NCBI GenBank assembly: GCA_050250855.1
Contig: JBFWNW010000002.1
Span: forward strand, 1-64,000
Origin: Candidatus Babeliales bacterium
GTDB lineage: Bacteria; Babelota; Babeliae; Babelales; JACPOV01
Length of the DNA: 64,000 bases
Direction of reading: 5' to 3'
Positions within the stretch are counted from its first letter, which is position 1. Every line of letters starts with the position of its first letter. Shown here one piece after another: positions 1 through 9,093 of this stretch. A program made the position numbers and the translations under genes. Below the pieces are notes generated by a model. It was not told the DNA's origin. It saw only the letters and a list, made by a program, of their open reading frames with translations, and ran no database searches.

Positions 1-703
1 CACCAACACTCAACGTTATAGTAAGATTTTCAAGAACGGTGTAAATACCATTAATATCAATATCTATTTTCTGCAGTGCAGACCAAGTGAATTCAAATTT
101 CTCACAGATTATTGTTTGTGTATCATAAAAATCAAACTCAAGCGCTGTAAATATGCCTGATAAATCTATGGTTGGACATTCTATCGCATCTAGTGCTGTA
201 TAGATACCATTAATGTCAATATCTAATTTATTTAATATTGACCATGTAAATTGAAATTTTTCACAAATCTCTTGCTCTATTTTGATAAGAATCTTTTTAA
301 GCATTCCCAAGAAAGTTATTACCTGACTAAGATCACAATCACTTTTGCCTACAACGGCATCATTTGTCTGAAAAGATGGTGCTGTAGGGCGAGGAACTCT
401 TCTATAACTATCAAGTTCAGATAGAGCATCTACAATTTCTTGAACTTTGAGAGTTTTTGCTCCCTTTTTTAACTTTTGTTCAATCTTCTTTAGAGCAGGA
501 AAATCTTTATCTTCTTGTTTTAAAATAGATTCAATTGCTGGCAAAAGGTCTACATCTTGAATAGCAAATTCATAAGTATTAAACTCTTTTAGATGAGAGT
601 AGGATTCAGAAAAAGCAGAGAAGAAACTACAAAAAAACATTAAACAAAATAAAACATACCTATTAAAAAAGGCATGCTTAAACTGCCCTTTAGGCTTCTT
701 CAT
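1..703 (-). CDS. Putative secreted protein with internal 53-aa-period repeats (3' end runs off the window)
   Basis: Not in ORF track because it is truncated. Hand translation from ATG at 703 (AAGGAG RBS upstream): MKKPKGQFKHAFFNRYVLFCLMFFCSFFSAFSE..., open to base 1. Repeats ICEKFQFTWSILNKLDIDINGIYTALD and ICEKFEFTWSALQKIDIDINGIYTVLE. Confidence 0.85.
   Translation of the reverse strand, partial: MKKPKGQFKHAFFNRYVLFCLMFFCSFFSAFSESYSHLKEFNTYEFAIQDVDLLPAIESILKQEDKDFPALKKIEQKLKKGAKTLKVQEIVDALSELDSYRRVPRPTAPSFQTNDAVVGKSDCDLSQVITFLGMLKKILIKIEQEICEKFQFTWSILNKLDIDINGIYTALDAIECPTIDLSGIFTALEFDFYDTQTIICEKFEFTWSALQKIDIDINGIYTVLENLTITLSVG
29..268 (-). repeat. Intragenic imperfect direct repeat, units 188-268 and 29-109, period 159 nt
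   Basis: Trp codons at 242-244 and 83-85 are 159 nt apart; shared CEKFxFTWSxLxKxDIDINGIYT. Confidence 0.85.
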
Positions 704-967
704 CTACTTTCTCCTTTTTTTCTTTTTTTACGATCTTTATCAAAAAAAATAACAAAATCGGTATAAAATTTTTTGATAAATAATCTTTATCATTAAAAGC
801 ATATGTGATTCTAATTGTCAATAGTTCACTAGGAAAATTCTTGAATAATTTATTATTACAGATTGATTACAAAAACTTTAACTCTAGAAATCCACCGTTG
901 ATTTTATATACACTAAATAATGAATGCCTATTATCTCTAGATTAAAAATAAAAAAAAGGAAAATACT

Positions 968-1660
968 ATGTTCTTTTATAGAAAAGATACCTTAGAACAT
1001 GCAAATGATGCCAGTTCATCTCTTAAAATATTTATAATGACATCTCTTTTTATCATTCTTGCTTTTCTCGGGGCAACAGTCCTCACCTTACTGCCAAAGA
1101 TATATTTCTACTCCTTTACCTATGCAAAAATATACTTAGATAAAAGAGTAAATTCCCCCCAGCTCATAGTAAAAGTTTATAGTGACTTTACAGAATTATT
1201 TTTAGCAATAAATATTTTTCTTCTTGTTCTTGGCTTTTTATTTTGTTTTTCTATATCAAAAAGCTCTGTTAAAGATTTTTTAAAAAAAATAATACCTATA
1301 ACTTGGCGAATTCATACTAAAATTATTATTGTTTCAGGATTACTTCTTACTTTATGTATTGCTTTTTTTACGTTATATTTTAGTTATAAATTTCTTTTGC
1401 TTCAAAAAGAATCTGCGCCAAAAGCACCTCTTCCCTTTCTTCCTTTTAAACTCCTATCTAAGCTAACGGGAACTTATCCTAGCTTCAAAAATTTATGGAA
1501 CCAAATACATGCACTTCCAAAAGCACAAAAGATATTTAATCAAATAAATAAAGTAAGCCTCTACACCTATTGGGGGTGCCAAATAGGAAGCAGTTTATCA
1601 ACTTTATGGTTGGTATTAAATGTACAAGAAAAATTAAGAATTATGCAGAAAAAGATATAA
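968..1660 (+). CDS. Hypothetical membrane protein (3-4 hydrophobic segments)
   Basis: 230-aa ORF, AAGGA RBS, several long hydrophobic stretches, no recognised motif. Confidence 0.65.
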   Translation: MFFYRKDTLEHANDASSSLKIFIMTSLFIILAFLGATVLTLLPKIYFYSFTYAKIYLDKRVNSPQLIVKVYSDFTELFLAINIFLLVLGFLFCFSISKSSVKDFLKKIIPITWRIHTKIIIVSGLLLTLCIAFFTLYFSYKFLLLQKESAPKAPLPFLPFKLLSKLTGTYPSFKNLWNQIHALPKAQKIFNQINKVSLYTYWGCQIGSSLSTLWLVLNVQEKLRIMQKKI

Positions 1661-2153
1661 AAGTATTGATAATTTGTTGTGCATGGCGCTCAACATCAAC
1701 ATCATCAAGAATTCCAACTAAAATGCCATGCTCATCTATAAGGAATGTGCGCCTTTTAGGGAAAAAACCTAGCGACCACCATATATATGTATCATAAAGT
1801 TTACTTACCTTTTTTTTAGTATCACTTAAAAGAGTAAATGGCAAAGCATGCTTTTCTTTAAATGCTTTATTTTCAGAAGGATCTGCATAGCTTATACCCA
1901 GTACAATAATATTATTTTTCTTGAATAAAGAAAAGCCCTCACGCAAGCTACATGCTTCTTTTGTGCAATAATAGCTGTCATTCTTTGGGTAAAAAACTAA
2001 AGCAACTTTATTCCCATGAAATGAACTTAGTGATCGCGTCACACCCTGCTCGTCTTTAAGCTTAAAATCTGGCGCTAAGGTCCCAATTTTTAGGGCAGCA
2101 TTCATAAATCCAATGTTAAACAAAAAAAAGAATAGTATATTAAATTTTCTCAT
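1641..2153 (-). CDS. bcp: Peroxiredoxin, BCP/PrxQ family, with N-terminal signal-like peptide
   Basis: APDFKL, FYPKNDSYYCTKEAC (PxxxSxxC), LPFTLLSD, RRTFLID. Start placed at ATG 2153, coupled to the mnmE stop (TAATG). Confidence 0.85.
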   Translation of the reverse strand: MRKFNILFFFLFNIGFMNAALKIGTLAPDFKLKDEQGVTRSLSSFHGNKVALVFYPKNDSYYCTKEACSLREGFSLFKKNNIIVLGISYADPSENKAFKEKHALPFTLLSDTKKKVSKLYDTYIWWSLGFFPKRRTFLIDEHGILVGILDDVDVERHAQQIINTFISFSA

Positions 2154-3523
2154 TATTTTCCTACGCAAAATTCTCTAAATACAGCATCCATTCCTTTTTC
2201 GGCTATACTCTTACCCGTTAGTTCTGTAAGACTCTCAAGAGCATCCTTCAAATGACATGACAATAATTCATATTCTATAGCTCCCTTGAGCATATTCTTT
2301 ATTTCAAGCAATGTACATTCTAACGAAAGCAAAAGATTAAAGTGACGTTTATTGAGTAAAAAAGGAGATGCAATAGAAGTAAATAGATCATTTATTTTGG
2401 TTTGAATAGCGGAATGTACGTTTTCTAGATTTTCATGTGTTTGGCTAGAACATCCAATTTCATCAAGGTAATTAAGCTGAGTTTTTTTAGGCAAATCTAC
2501 CTTGTGTGCAATAGTAATAATCTTATGAGCATATTGCGCATGCAACATGTCATACAGTTCACGTTCTTGTTGAATCATTACACGTGAACGATCATAGATC
2601 AGAAGTACAATATCTGCCTTCTGAGCTTCTTGCATAGAACGAGCAATGCCTTCTTTTTCTATAATATCATCAGTTTGCCTTAACCCAGCAGTATCAACAA
2701 GCGTCCAATAGTTGCCATTATTATACATACCAGCTTCAATAACGTCTCGCGTTGTTCCTGCAATATCGGTGACAATAGCTCTTTTTTGGTTGATCAATGC
2801 ATTAAACAAAGAAGATTTTCCTGCATTAACAGAACCTATTAATGCTATTCTAACTCCCTGCCTAATGTGTTGTTGCTGATCAAATGTTTTTTTTATAGTT
2901 TGGATATTAGAAATAAGACGATCAATTTCTTGAGAAATCTGGCTTCCAAATTCCATATTCTCTTCTTCAATAAACTCAAAGCTTGCCTCTGAAAAAGCTA
3001 AACATTTTACTAAAGTTTTTTCGATATCAGTAATCCAATGAGAAAAGCTTCCTTCTAGTTGAGCAAGCGATTGACGCAATGCCATCTGGTTTGAAGCATG
3101 AATAAGCTCATTAATTGCTTCTGCCTGAATCAAATCAATTTTACCATTCAAAAAGGCGCGCTTGGCAAATTCTCCTTGTTGGGCTAATCGAGCTCCACAT
3201 AGAATAGAAAGTTCAATAATTTTTTCAATAATAAAAGGATTATTATGGCACGTTATTTCAACAGTATTAAGCCCTGTAAAAGTATGTGGCTCATGCATAA
3301 CAAAAAACATGACTCTATCTACTAATTCATTTTTTTCTACTATAGAACCATAATGAATAGTATGCGTTGGCACATCAAGAAGCGCTTTACCTGAAGGTAA
3401 TACCGCGTACTGACTTACAATTTCTAGAGCATTAACCCCGGAAATTCTGATAAGAGCTAAAGCGCCACTTCCTTTTGGGGTACATTGCGCAACTATTGCT
3501 TGAGAATCTCGATCTAAAATCAT
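2153..3523 (-). CDS. mnmE: tRNA modification GTPase MnmE/TrmE
   Basis: GSVNAGKSSL, GTTRD, DTAG, AFLNGKIDL, C-terminal FCVGK. Confidence 0.97.
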   Translation of the reverse strand: MILDRDSQAIVAQCTPKGSGALALIRISGVNALEIVSQYAVLPSGKALLDVPTHTIHYGSIVEKNELVDRVMFFVMHEPHTFTGLNTVEITCHNNPFIIEKIIELSILCGARLAQQGEFAKRAFLNGKIDLIQAEAINELIHASNQMALRQSLAQLEGSFSHWITDIEKTLVKCLAFSEASFEFIEEENMEFGSQISQEIDRLISNIQTIKKTFDQQQHIRQGVRIALIGSVNAGKSSLFNALINQKRAIVTDIAGTTRDVIEAGMYNNGNYWTLVDTAGLRQTDDIIEKEGIARSMQEAQKADIVLLIYDRSRVMIQQERELYDMLHAQYAHKIITIAHKVDLPKKTQLNYLDEIGCSSQTHENLENVHSAIQTKINDLFTSIASPFLLNKRHFNLLLSLECTLLEIKNMLKGAIEYELLSCHLKDALESLTELTGKSIAEKGMDAVFREFCVGK

Positions 3524-3526
3524 ATA

Positions 3527-4150
3527 TTATCTGGTTAAAACAATTTTAAAGCCTCGCAAAGGACGCTTAAATTTACGTTTAAGAGCTTGCAACAATAAGA
3601 AAGAAAAACTTCTAAAAAGCTGGCGCTCTTTCTCTTCATCCCCTAAAAGAGGCTTTTCAAAGGTAATGCGCAGGTAATAATTATTTGCTTGAGTGCTAAA
3701 AGAAATATCCTTCTTATCCATTGCCTCTAGGGCGCTTGCAATCCAAATTCGAGCATTAGCAATCATATCGTCAGCCCATACGGTTCTCTTTTGGGTAGAA
3801 CTAGCTTGCTGAACAGCAGGTTTTTCTTCAGTTTTAATATGCTTTTTAGGCTCTTCTTGCAACGGTTTTCGTGGCTGCCTTGCTATTATTTCTGACTGCT
3901 TCTTAAGCGACTCTCTTGGGGCTTCTCGCTGCTGAGGGCGAGACTCTGGTTGTTTTTTATACGCTTGGGGCGCCATGGCTTTTTCATCAAAAAAAATACC
4001 TATTTTTGCCGATTTTACCGTCATGCCAATAAAATTTTTTTGGGGCTCTTCAAAAACTTTTACTGAAAACTCCTTTGGGCTCCCGGCACTAAGCCAGGCT
4101 TTTTCCAAGGCCTTAAAAACTGAAGAACCTTCTTGGATGATTGATTTCAT
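3527..4150 (-). CDS. Jag/EloR (KhpB)-like protein: Jag N-terminal domain plus degenerate KH-like region, no R3H
   Basis: N-terminus MKSIIQEGSSVFKALEKA...EEPQKNFIG...AKI resembles Jag_N; lies directly upstream of mnmE as jag usually does. Confidence 0.7.
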   Translation of the reverse strand: MKSIIQEGSSVFKALEKAWLSAGSPKEFSVKVFEEPQKNFIGMTVKSAKIGIFFDEKAMAPQAYKKQPESRPQQREAPRESLKKQSEIIARQPRKPLQEEPKKHIKTEEKPAVQQASSTQKRTVWADDMIANARIWIASALEAMDKKDISFSTQANNYYLRITFEKPLLGDEEKERQLFRSFSFLLLQALKRKFKRPLRGFKIVLTR

Positions 4151-4305
4151 AAAAACCTTTATGGTGAAAAAAAGAATTAAACCTGTAACTTTAAAATTTT
4201 TTCCCTATTTTATAGGTAAAATAGAGCAATATAGAAAGATCATAGCATGAATAAGAAGGTTTCTCAATGGGATAAATGACGACTGGTATATTAAAATGAT
4301 CACTA

Positions 4306-4381
4306 TGGAGCGGGAAACGGGACTCGAACCCGCAACCTTTGCCATGGCAAGGCAACGCTCTACCAATTGAGCTATTCCCGC
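4306..4381 (-). tRNA. tRNA-Gly (anticodon GCC), CCA encoded
   Basis: Reverse complement GCGGGAA TA GCTC AATTGGTA GAGC G TTGCC TTGCCAT GGCAA AGGTT GCGGG TTCGAGT CCCGT TTCCCGC T CCA folds as a 76-nt cloverleaf. Confidence 0.97.
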
Positions 4382-4394
4382 ATAAAGTAAGAAA

Positions 4395-4422
4395 AATGTA
4401 TCATAAAAAGGGCATTTGTCAA
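4395..4422 (-). promoter_or_regulatory. Sigma70-like promoter for tRNA-Gly
   Basis: Minus strand TTGACA-16 nt-TACATT, with TG forming an extended -10, 13 nt upstream of the tRNA. Confidence 0.55.
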
Positions 4423-4519
4423 CATAAAATACAAAAGAAAGAGACCCATTGTAAAAAAGAGCTTTTTTTGCAATCCTAAAAAGATAAACTTTCAAAAAAA
4501 CCCTAAAAAAGGTCAATGT

Positions 4520-5113
4520 ATGATTGGATTCATTCAAGGAACCATAAAAAAGGTTACCGATGACACACTCTTAGTATTAGCAGGTTCGTTAGGTTTTGAA
4601 ATATCAGTACCGCATGCTTCAACCTATACGGTGGAAAATTCTGTTGAACTCTATCTCCATACTCATTGGAATCAAGACCAAGGACCAAGCCTTTATGGAT
4701 TCCAAAATCAAGAAGATAAAACAATTTTTTTATTAGCTTTAAAATGTCCTGGTGTGGGACCGCGCTTATCTCTTTGCATTATAGAAACGTTAGGGGCAGA
4801 TTCTTTTATTCAAGCAATTTCTGGAGAAAACATAGCAATACTTAGCTCAATTCCTGGCATCGGTAAAAAGAAAGCAGAGCAACTTATTGTTCAGTTAAAA
4901 CACCACGTGGCAAAAGTTCTTGAAAATGGTATCATTGTACAGAAATCTAATTTTGTTGAATGGCAAAAAATATCTGAAGTTCTCAACTCTCTTAACTATT
5001 CAAGGACAGAAATTAGCTTCGCTCTTGATCGACTAAAAAAAGAGCAGCCTGAAAACATTTCATTTGATGTACTACTTCGCAAAGCATTATCATATTTATC
5101 AAAAAGAGCTTAA
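4520..5113 (+). CDS. ruvA: Holliday junction branch migration protein RuvA
   Basis: MIGFIQG, LYGF, PGVGPR and IPGIGKKKAE HhH motifs, LNSLNYS domain III. Confidence 0.95.
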   Translation: MIGFIQGTIKKVTDDTLLVLAGSLGFEISVPHASTYTVENSVELYLHTHWNQDQGPSLYGFQNQEDKTIFLLALKCPGVGPRLSLCIIETLGADSFIQAISGENIAILSSIPGIGKKKAEQLIVQLKHHVAKVLENGIIVQKSNFVEWQKISEVLNSLNYSRTEISFALDRLKKEQPENISFDVLLRKALSYLSKRA

Positions 5114-5116
5114 ATT

Positions 5117-6421
5117 ATGGATTTATTAACGTTTTTTACTCACTTAAACCAGCATTTAGCTGTTCCCACATCTTTTTTACTTTTTGGAGCAGCATTTTAC
5201 CTAACATTCTCTTTAAAGTTTATTCAATTTAGATCATTTACTACTTTCTTTAAATTAATTACACATGGTATAAAGACAAAGAAGAAGCCTGATGCAAAAA
5301 ACTCAATTACGCCTCTTGCTGCACTTTTTACTGCAATGTCAACTTCTTTAGGAATAGGAACATTAATTGGACCTTCAGTTGCTATTATAACGGGCGGACC
5401 TGGTGCAATGTTTTGGCTCATTGTTTATTGCATTGCTGCCTCTATTTTAAAATATGCAGAAGTTACCTTCGCAGTACATTTTCGTAAAAAAACAGAAGAC
5501 GGACTTATTCTTGGTGGACCAATGGAATATTTAAATGAAGTAGCACCATGGTTAGGAACTTGGTACGCTTACGCTACCGTAATTCTTTTTGGGGGATGGT
5601 CAAGCTTACAAGCAAATGTAATCGCTGAAACACTTGCTCATGAAAGTGTCCCAGAATGGATTACCGGAACTTTTCTTGCCATACTAACATTTTCAATACT
5701 CACGGGAGGCGCTAAGCGCGTTGGAGCCTTTAGTAGTAATATTGTTCCTTTCATGGGAACGCTTTACTTAATTGCAAGTATTATCATTCTTTCTATCAAT
5801 AGAGCAGGATTGCCTCAAGCTTTTAACCTTATATTTTCAAATGCATTTTCACCAGCACCCGTTTTTGGTGGTTTTTTAGGAGCATCCCTTTTTTCTGCCA
5901 TAAAATCTGGCATCTACAAGGGCGCTTATATAACAGAATCTGGGACAGGAACTGCTGCTATTCCTCATTCGATGGCAGATGTAGCTCATGCCAAAGATCA
6001 AGGCTTGCTGGCAATGGTTTCTGTCTATGTTGATACGTCTCTCTGTCTTCTTTCAGGATTACTCGTGCTCACTACTGACTTATGGAAAATTGATTATATT
6101 TCAAACACTGTTATGTATAAAATATTTAATACCAGTATGCCAATCTTTGGAAGACCAATCTTTGTTCTTACTATAGTTCTTTTTTCTATTAGTACCGTTA
6201 TTGGAAATAGCTTTAATGGCAGACAAAGCTTTGCTGCAATTACTAAATATCGCTGGATGAACATTTATTACATATTCATTAGTGCAGTAACACTATGGGG
6301 AGCCGTGACCTATGTGCCCCTTGTATGGGAAACTATTGAGGTACTACTTCCTTTAGTAATAATACCTAATATAATTTCACTCATTATTCTTTCCATTAAG
6401 TATCGTAAAATACTTATATAG
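5117..6421 (+). CDS. Alanine/glycine:cation symporter (AGCS family)
   Basis: GGPGAMFW, GGPMEY, ESGTGTAAIPH, multiple TM segments. Confidence 0.9.
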   Translation: MDLLTFFTHLNQHLAVPTSFLLFGAAFYLTFSLKFIQFRSFTTFFKLITHGIKTKKKPDAKNSITPLAALFTAMSTSLGIGTLIGPSVAIITGGPGAMFWLIVYCIAASILKYAEVTFAVHFRKKTEDGLILGGPMEYLNEVAPWLGTWYAYATVILFGGWSSLQANVIAETLAHESVPEWITGTFLAILTFSILTGGAKRVGAFSSNIVPFMGTLYLIASIIILSINRAGLPQAFNLIFSNAFSPAPVFGGFLGASLFSAIKSGIYKGAYITESGTGTAAIPHSMADVAHAKDQGLLAMVSVYVDTSLCLLSGLLVLTTDLWKIDYISNTVMYKIFNTSMPIFGRPIFVLTIVLFSISTVIGNSFNGRQSFAAITKYRWMNIYYIFISAVTLWGAVTYVPLVWETIEVLLPLVIIPNIISLIILSIKYRKILI

Positions 6422-6425
6422 AACT

Positions 6426-7802
6426 TTATCCTCTAAATCTTTGTACTGTTTCTAATAAATAAGAAACTGAAGAACGCAGAGTTCTTTCTTGTGTTTCAAA
6501 GTCTACTTCAAAAATACCATGCTTATTGGAATAGCCTTTATTCCACGAAAAACAGTCCATGAGGGTCCAATAAAAATAACCTTTTATGTTATATCCTTCT
6601 CTAATTGCCCGAGAAACCACATAAAGATGTTTCTTAATGTATTCATCTTTTATAGCAGGATTCTCGCTAGCCACACCATTTTCTGTAATATAAATGGGAA
6701 TATTAAGTTCTGAAGCTCGGACAATATAGCGATACAAACCCTCAGGATACATAACTTTAGTTCGTTCAGAGCTTTCAGATTCATCAATTATTATCTCATT
6801 AGGCCTAGTACGCGCTTCCATTTTAAAAGGACGAATATGCTTTACCGTAGTATGCGTATAATAGTTCACGCCAAAAAAATCTAATGCTTTCTTTGCATCT
6901 TTATTTTTTGCAGAAACCCAAGGTGGTAACCATCTAAATTTTCCTTTTTTAAAAAAATTAATGGTAGTTTGATTTATCAAATGACTAAATGTTTTGGTAA
7001 TAGCCTTTGCAAAAATATCCCACTTAGAATAAGCATCTAAGGGATGACACATATGAGCTATACCAATCTGTGCTGACGGATTAATTTTTCTAAATTCTTT
7101 TGCCACTTCTACATGAGCATTGAGTTGATTCAAAACTACTCTTCCTGCTAAAGCTAAACTTTTTTTGAAAGGAGGATAGACTCCTCTAAAATATCCTTCA
7201 AAAGCGTACGCAACAGGCTCATTAAAAATAATCCAGAATTTTATTTTATTATGTAAATGAGAAAAAACATAACGAGCAAAGCGTACAAAATAGGTTATAT
7301 TTTCTTGGTTTTCAAAGGTTCCTTTCTGATAAAACCATAAGGGACAGGTGTGATGAAAAAGTGTAATCATAGGCTCTATACCACGAGCTAAAAGATCGTC
7401 AACAGCATCTACATAATGCTGCATAGCCTGCTCGTCAAAGCATCCTTCAGAAGGCTCTATTTTACTCCACTCAACAGAAAAGCGATACGCATTCATGCCA
7501 ATATCTTGTAGAAGTTTGTGATCTTCTTTATAACGATCCCATCGCTGACAAGCATGGCCTACCGTAACTTCACTATTTAATAGCTTCTCGCAATGAGTCC
7601 AGCTATTTTCTATCGTTTTTCCATCAACAGTTATAATCCCTTCTGTTTGTAAGGCAGAATCTGAGCAACCCCATAAAAAATTTGATGGAAACCATATATC
7701 AAAAATATTAAGGGTGGACCAGTCCCATTTTATTTCTCGACTTAAGCTTAAAAAACATAGAGATCCTAAAGCAATTAGTAAAAAAAAATGTCGAAACTTC
7801 AT
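6426..7802 (-). CDS. Glycoside hydrolase family 1 (beta-glycosidase) with N-terminal signal/anchor
   Basis: FLWG, QTEG, YRFSVEWSKIEP, TLFHH, acid/base NEP and nucleophile ITENG, WTLMD. Start moved to ATG 7802 (MKFRHFFLLIALGSLCFLSLS). Confidence 0.92.
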   Translation of the reverse strand: MKFRHFFLLIALGSLCFLSLSREIKWDWSTLNIFDIWFPSNFLWGCSDSALQTEGIITVDGKTIENSWTHCEKLLNSEVTVGHACQRWDRYKEDHKLLQDIGMNAYRFSVEWSKIEPSEGCFDEQAMQHYVDAVDDLLARGIEPMITLFHHTCPLWFYQKGTFENQENITYFVRFARYVFSHLHNKIKFWIIFNEPVAYAFEGYFRGVYPPFKKSLALAGRVVLNQLNAHVEVAKEFRKINPSAQIGIAHMCHPLDAYSKWDIFAKAITKTFSHLINQTTINFFKKGKFRWLPPWVSAKNKDAKKALDFFGVNYYTHTTVKHIRPFKMEARTRPNEIIIDESESSERTKVMYPEGLYRYIVRASELNIPIYITENGVASENPAIKDEYIKKHLYVVSRAIREGYNIKGYFYWTLMDCFSWNKGYSNKHGIFEVDFETQERTLRSSVSYLLETVQRFRG

Positions 7803-7899
7803 TTTAATCCTTAATTTTTTATATTTTATTTTCAATAATAAAAAATAGTTTATGCTAAACTAAAAAAGAGAGTATGTAATTACTATAAAAGGTAGCTGA

Positions 7900-9093
7900 A
7901 TGAAAGACAATCCTATTAAAGAAAAAAATAATATCCTAAAGAAAAAAATTCTTATTTTTTCTTGTCATGGTGGTGGTGGTCACATGTCTGCTGCTTTAGC
8001 TATAGAAGCAAATTTAGGACAACATGAAACAAAAATTATTGATGCTATGGCAGAGCCAGTTGAACATCTTGATCCTCTTTATTACCTAAGCTTTAAAAAA
8101 TTCTCAGGCCAACGCTTTTATAATTTTTTACTACGCTATAACAAAAAAAGATTAGTTAATCTTTTTTTTCAATTCGGCTCTTTAATGATAGATTTGAATA
8201 AAAAGTCACTGTATAAAACCTTTTCTCAAGTAATTGAAAAGGAAAAGCCTGATCTTATTATTTCTGTAATTCCTCTTTTAAATCAATTTTTTGCAAAAAT
8301 AGCTGAAGAAAAAAACATACCTTATGTTCTTGTACCAACGGATCTTGATATCAAAACTTTCATAAAAAATATCAAGCTCGATCATAAATATGCAAAATTA
8401 TGTTTAGGCTTTGATTTTCCAGAAATAAAAAATTCTATAAAACCAGGACATATTCCTGGCAGCGCGATAGCTATTACAGGATTTCCCATACGCCCTGCCT
8501 TTTTTGAAAAAAAAAATAAAGATTATATAAAACAAAAATTAGCTATTACTCATAATCATCCTATTGTACTTCTTGTTATGGGAGCTACAGGATCAAACGT
8601 CACCCTAAAATATCTGTATGAACTTATAAAAATAAAAATGCCATTTCATCTTATTATATGCACAGGAAGAAGCTATTATCTTAAAAAATTAATAAAAACT
8701 ATCTCTTTTCCTGATACCATTACATTCACTATAGCCGATGGGGATGCAGAAATTTCTGATTTCATGGCAATTACTAATATATGTATTACTAAACCTGGCT
8801 CAGTAACATTTGCGGAAACTCTTTATATGGATATTCCCGTGCTTATTGATAATACAACTCCTGCCCTTTTATGGGAGCAAAAAAATATTGATATGGTAAA
8901 AAATTATGGTATTGGATCAATTATTACGCATTTACATGATGTAAAGCGTTTAGTAACTAGTTATATAATTGATAAAGAATTAAGAGTTTTAACACAACAC
9001 AATATAAAAGCCCTACCTAAAAAATATTTTAATACAGAATTTAGTACTCTGATTAATACTATCTTTACAGAACAAGAAAAGAACTCTTTTTAA
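7900..9093 (+). CDS. MGDG synthase/UgtP-like glycosyltransferase (GT28)
   Basis: GGGGHMSAA, KPDLIISV, PTD, GFPIR, ITKPGSVT. Confidence 0.88.
   Translation: MKDNPIKEKNNILKKKILIFSCHGGGGHMSAALAIEANLGQHETKIIDAMAEPVEHLDPLYYLSFKKFSGQRFYNFLLRYNKKRLVNLFFQFGSLMIDLNKKSLYKTFSQVIEKEKPDLIISVIPLLNQFFAKIAEEKNIPYVLVPTDLDIKTFIKNIKLDHKYAKLCLGFDFPEIKNSIKPGHIPGSAIAITGFPIRPAFFEKKNKDYIKQKLAITHNHPIVLLVMGATGSNVTLKYLYELIKIKMPFHLIICTGRSYYLKKLIKTISFPDTITFTIADGDAEISDFMAITNICITKPGSVTFAETLYMDIPVLIDNTTPALLWEQKNIDMVKNYGIGSIITHLHDVKRLVTSYIIDKELRVLTQHNIKALPKKYFNTEFSTLINTIFTEQEKNSF

Noticed and set aside
736..780. Inverted repeat TTTATCAAAAAA...TTTTTTGATAAA in a divergent promoter region
   Set aside because: Mostly A/T homopolymer in very AT-rich DNA; could be an operator but cannot be told from chance.
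4306..4381. tRNA-Gly as an island integration site
   Set aside because: Flanked by housekeeping genes; no integrase and no duplicated tRNA 3' end noticed in the window.
704..4520. Replication origin near jag/mnmE
   Set aside because: No dnaA, dnaN, rpmH or yidC, and I saw no cluster of TTATCCACA-like boxes in the intergenic gaps.
4205..4537. 110-aa minus-strand ORF
   Set aside because: It reads through tRNA-Gly (AGIAQLVERCLAMAKVAGSSPVSRS is translated tRNA) and its promoter; spurious.
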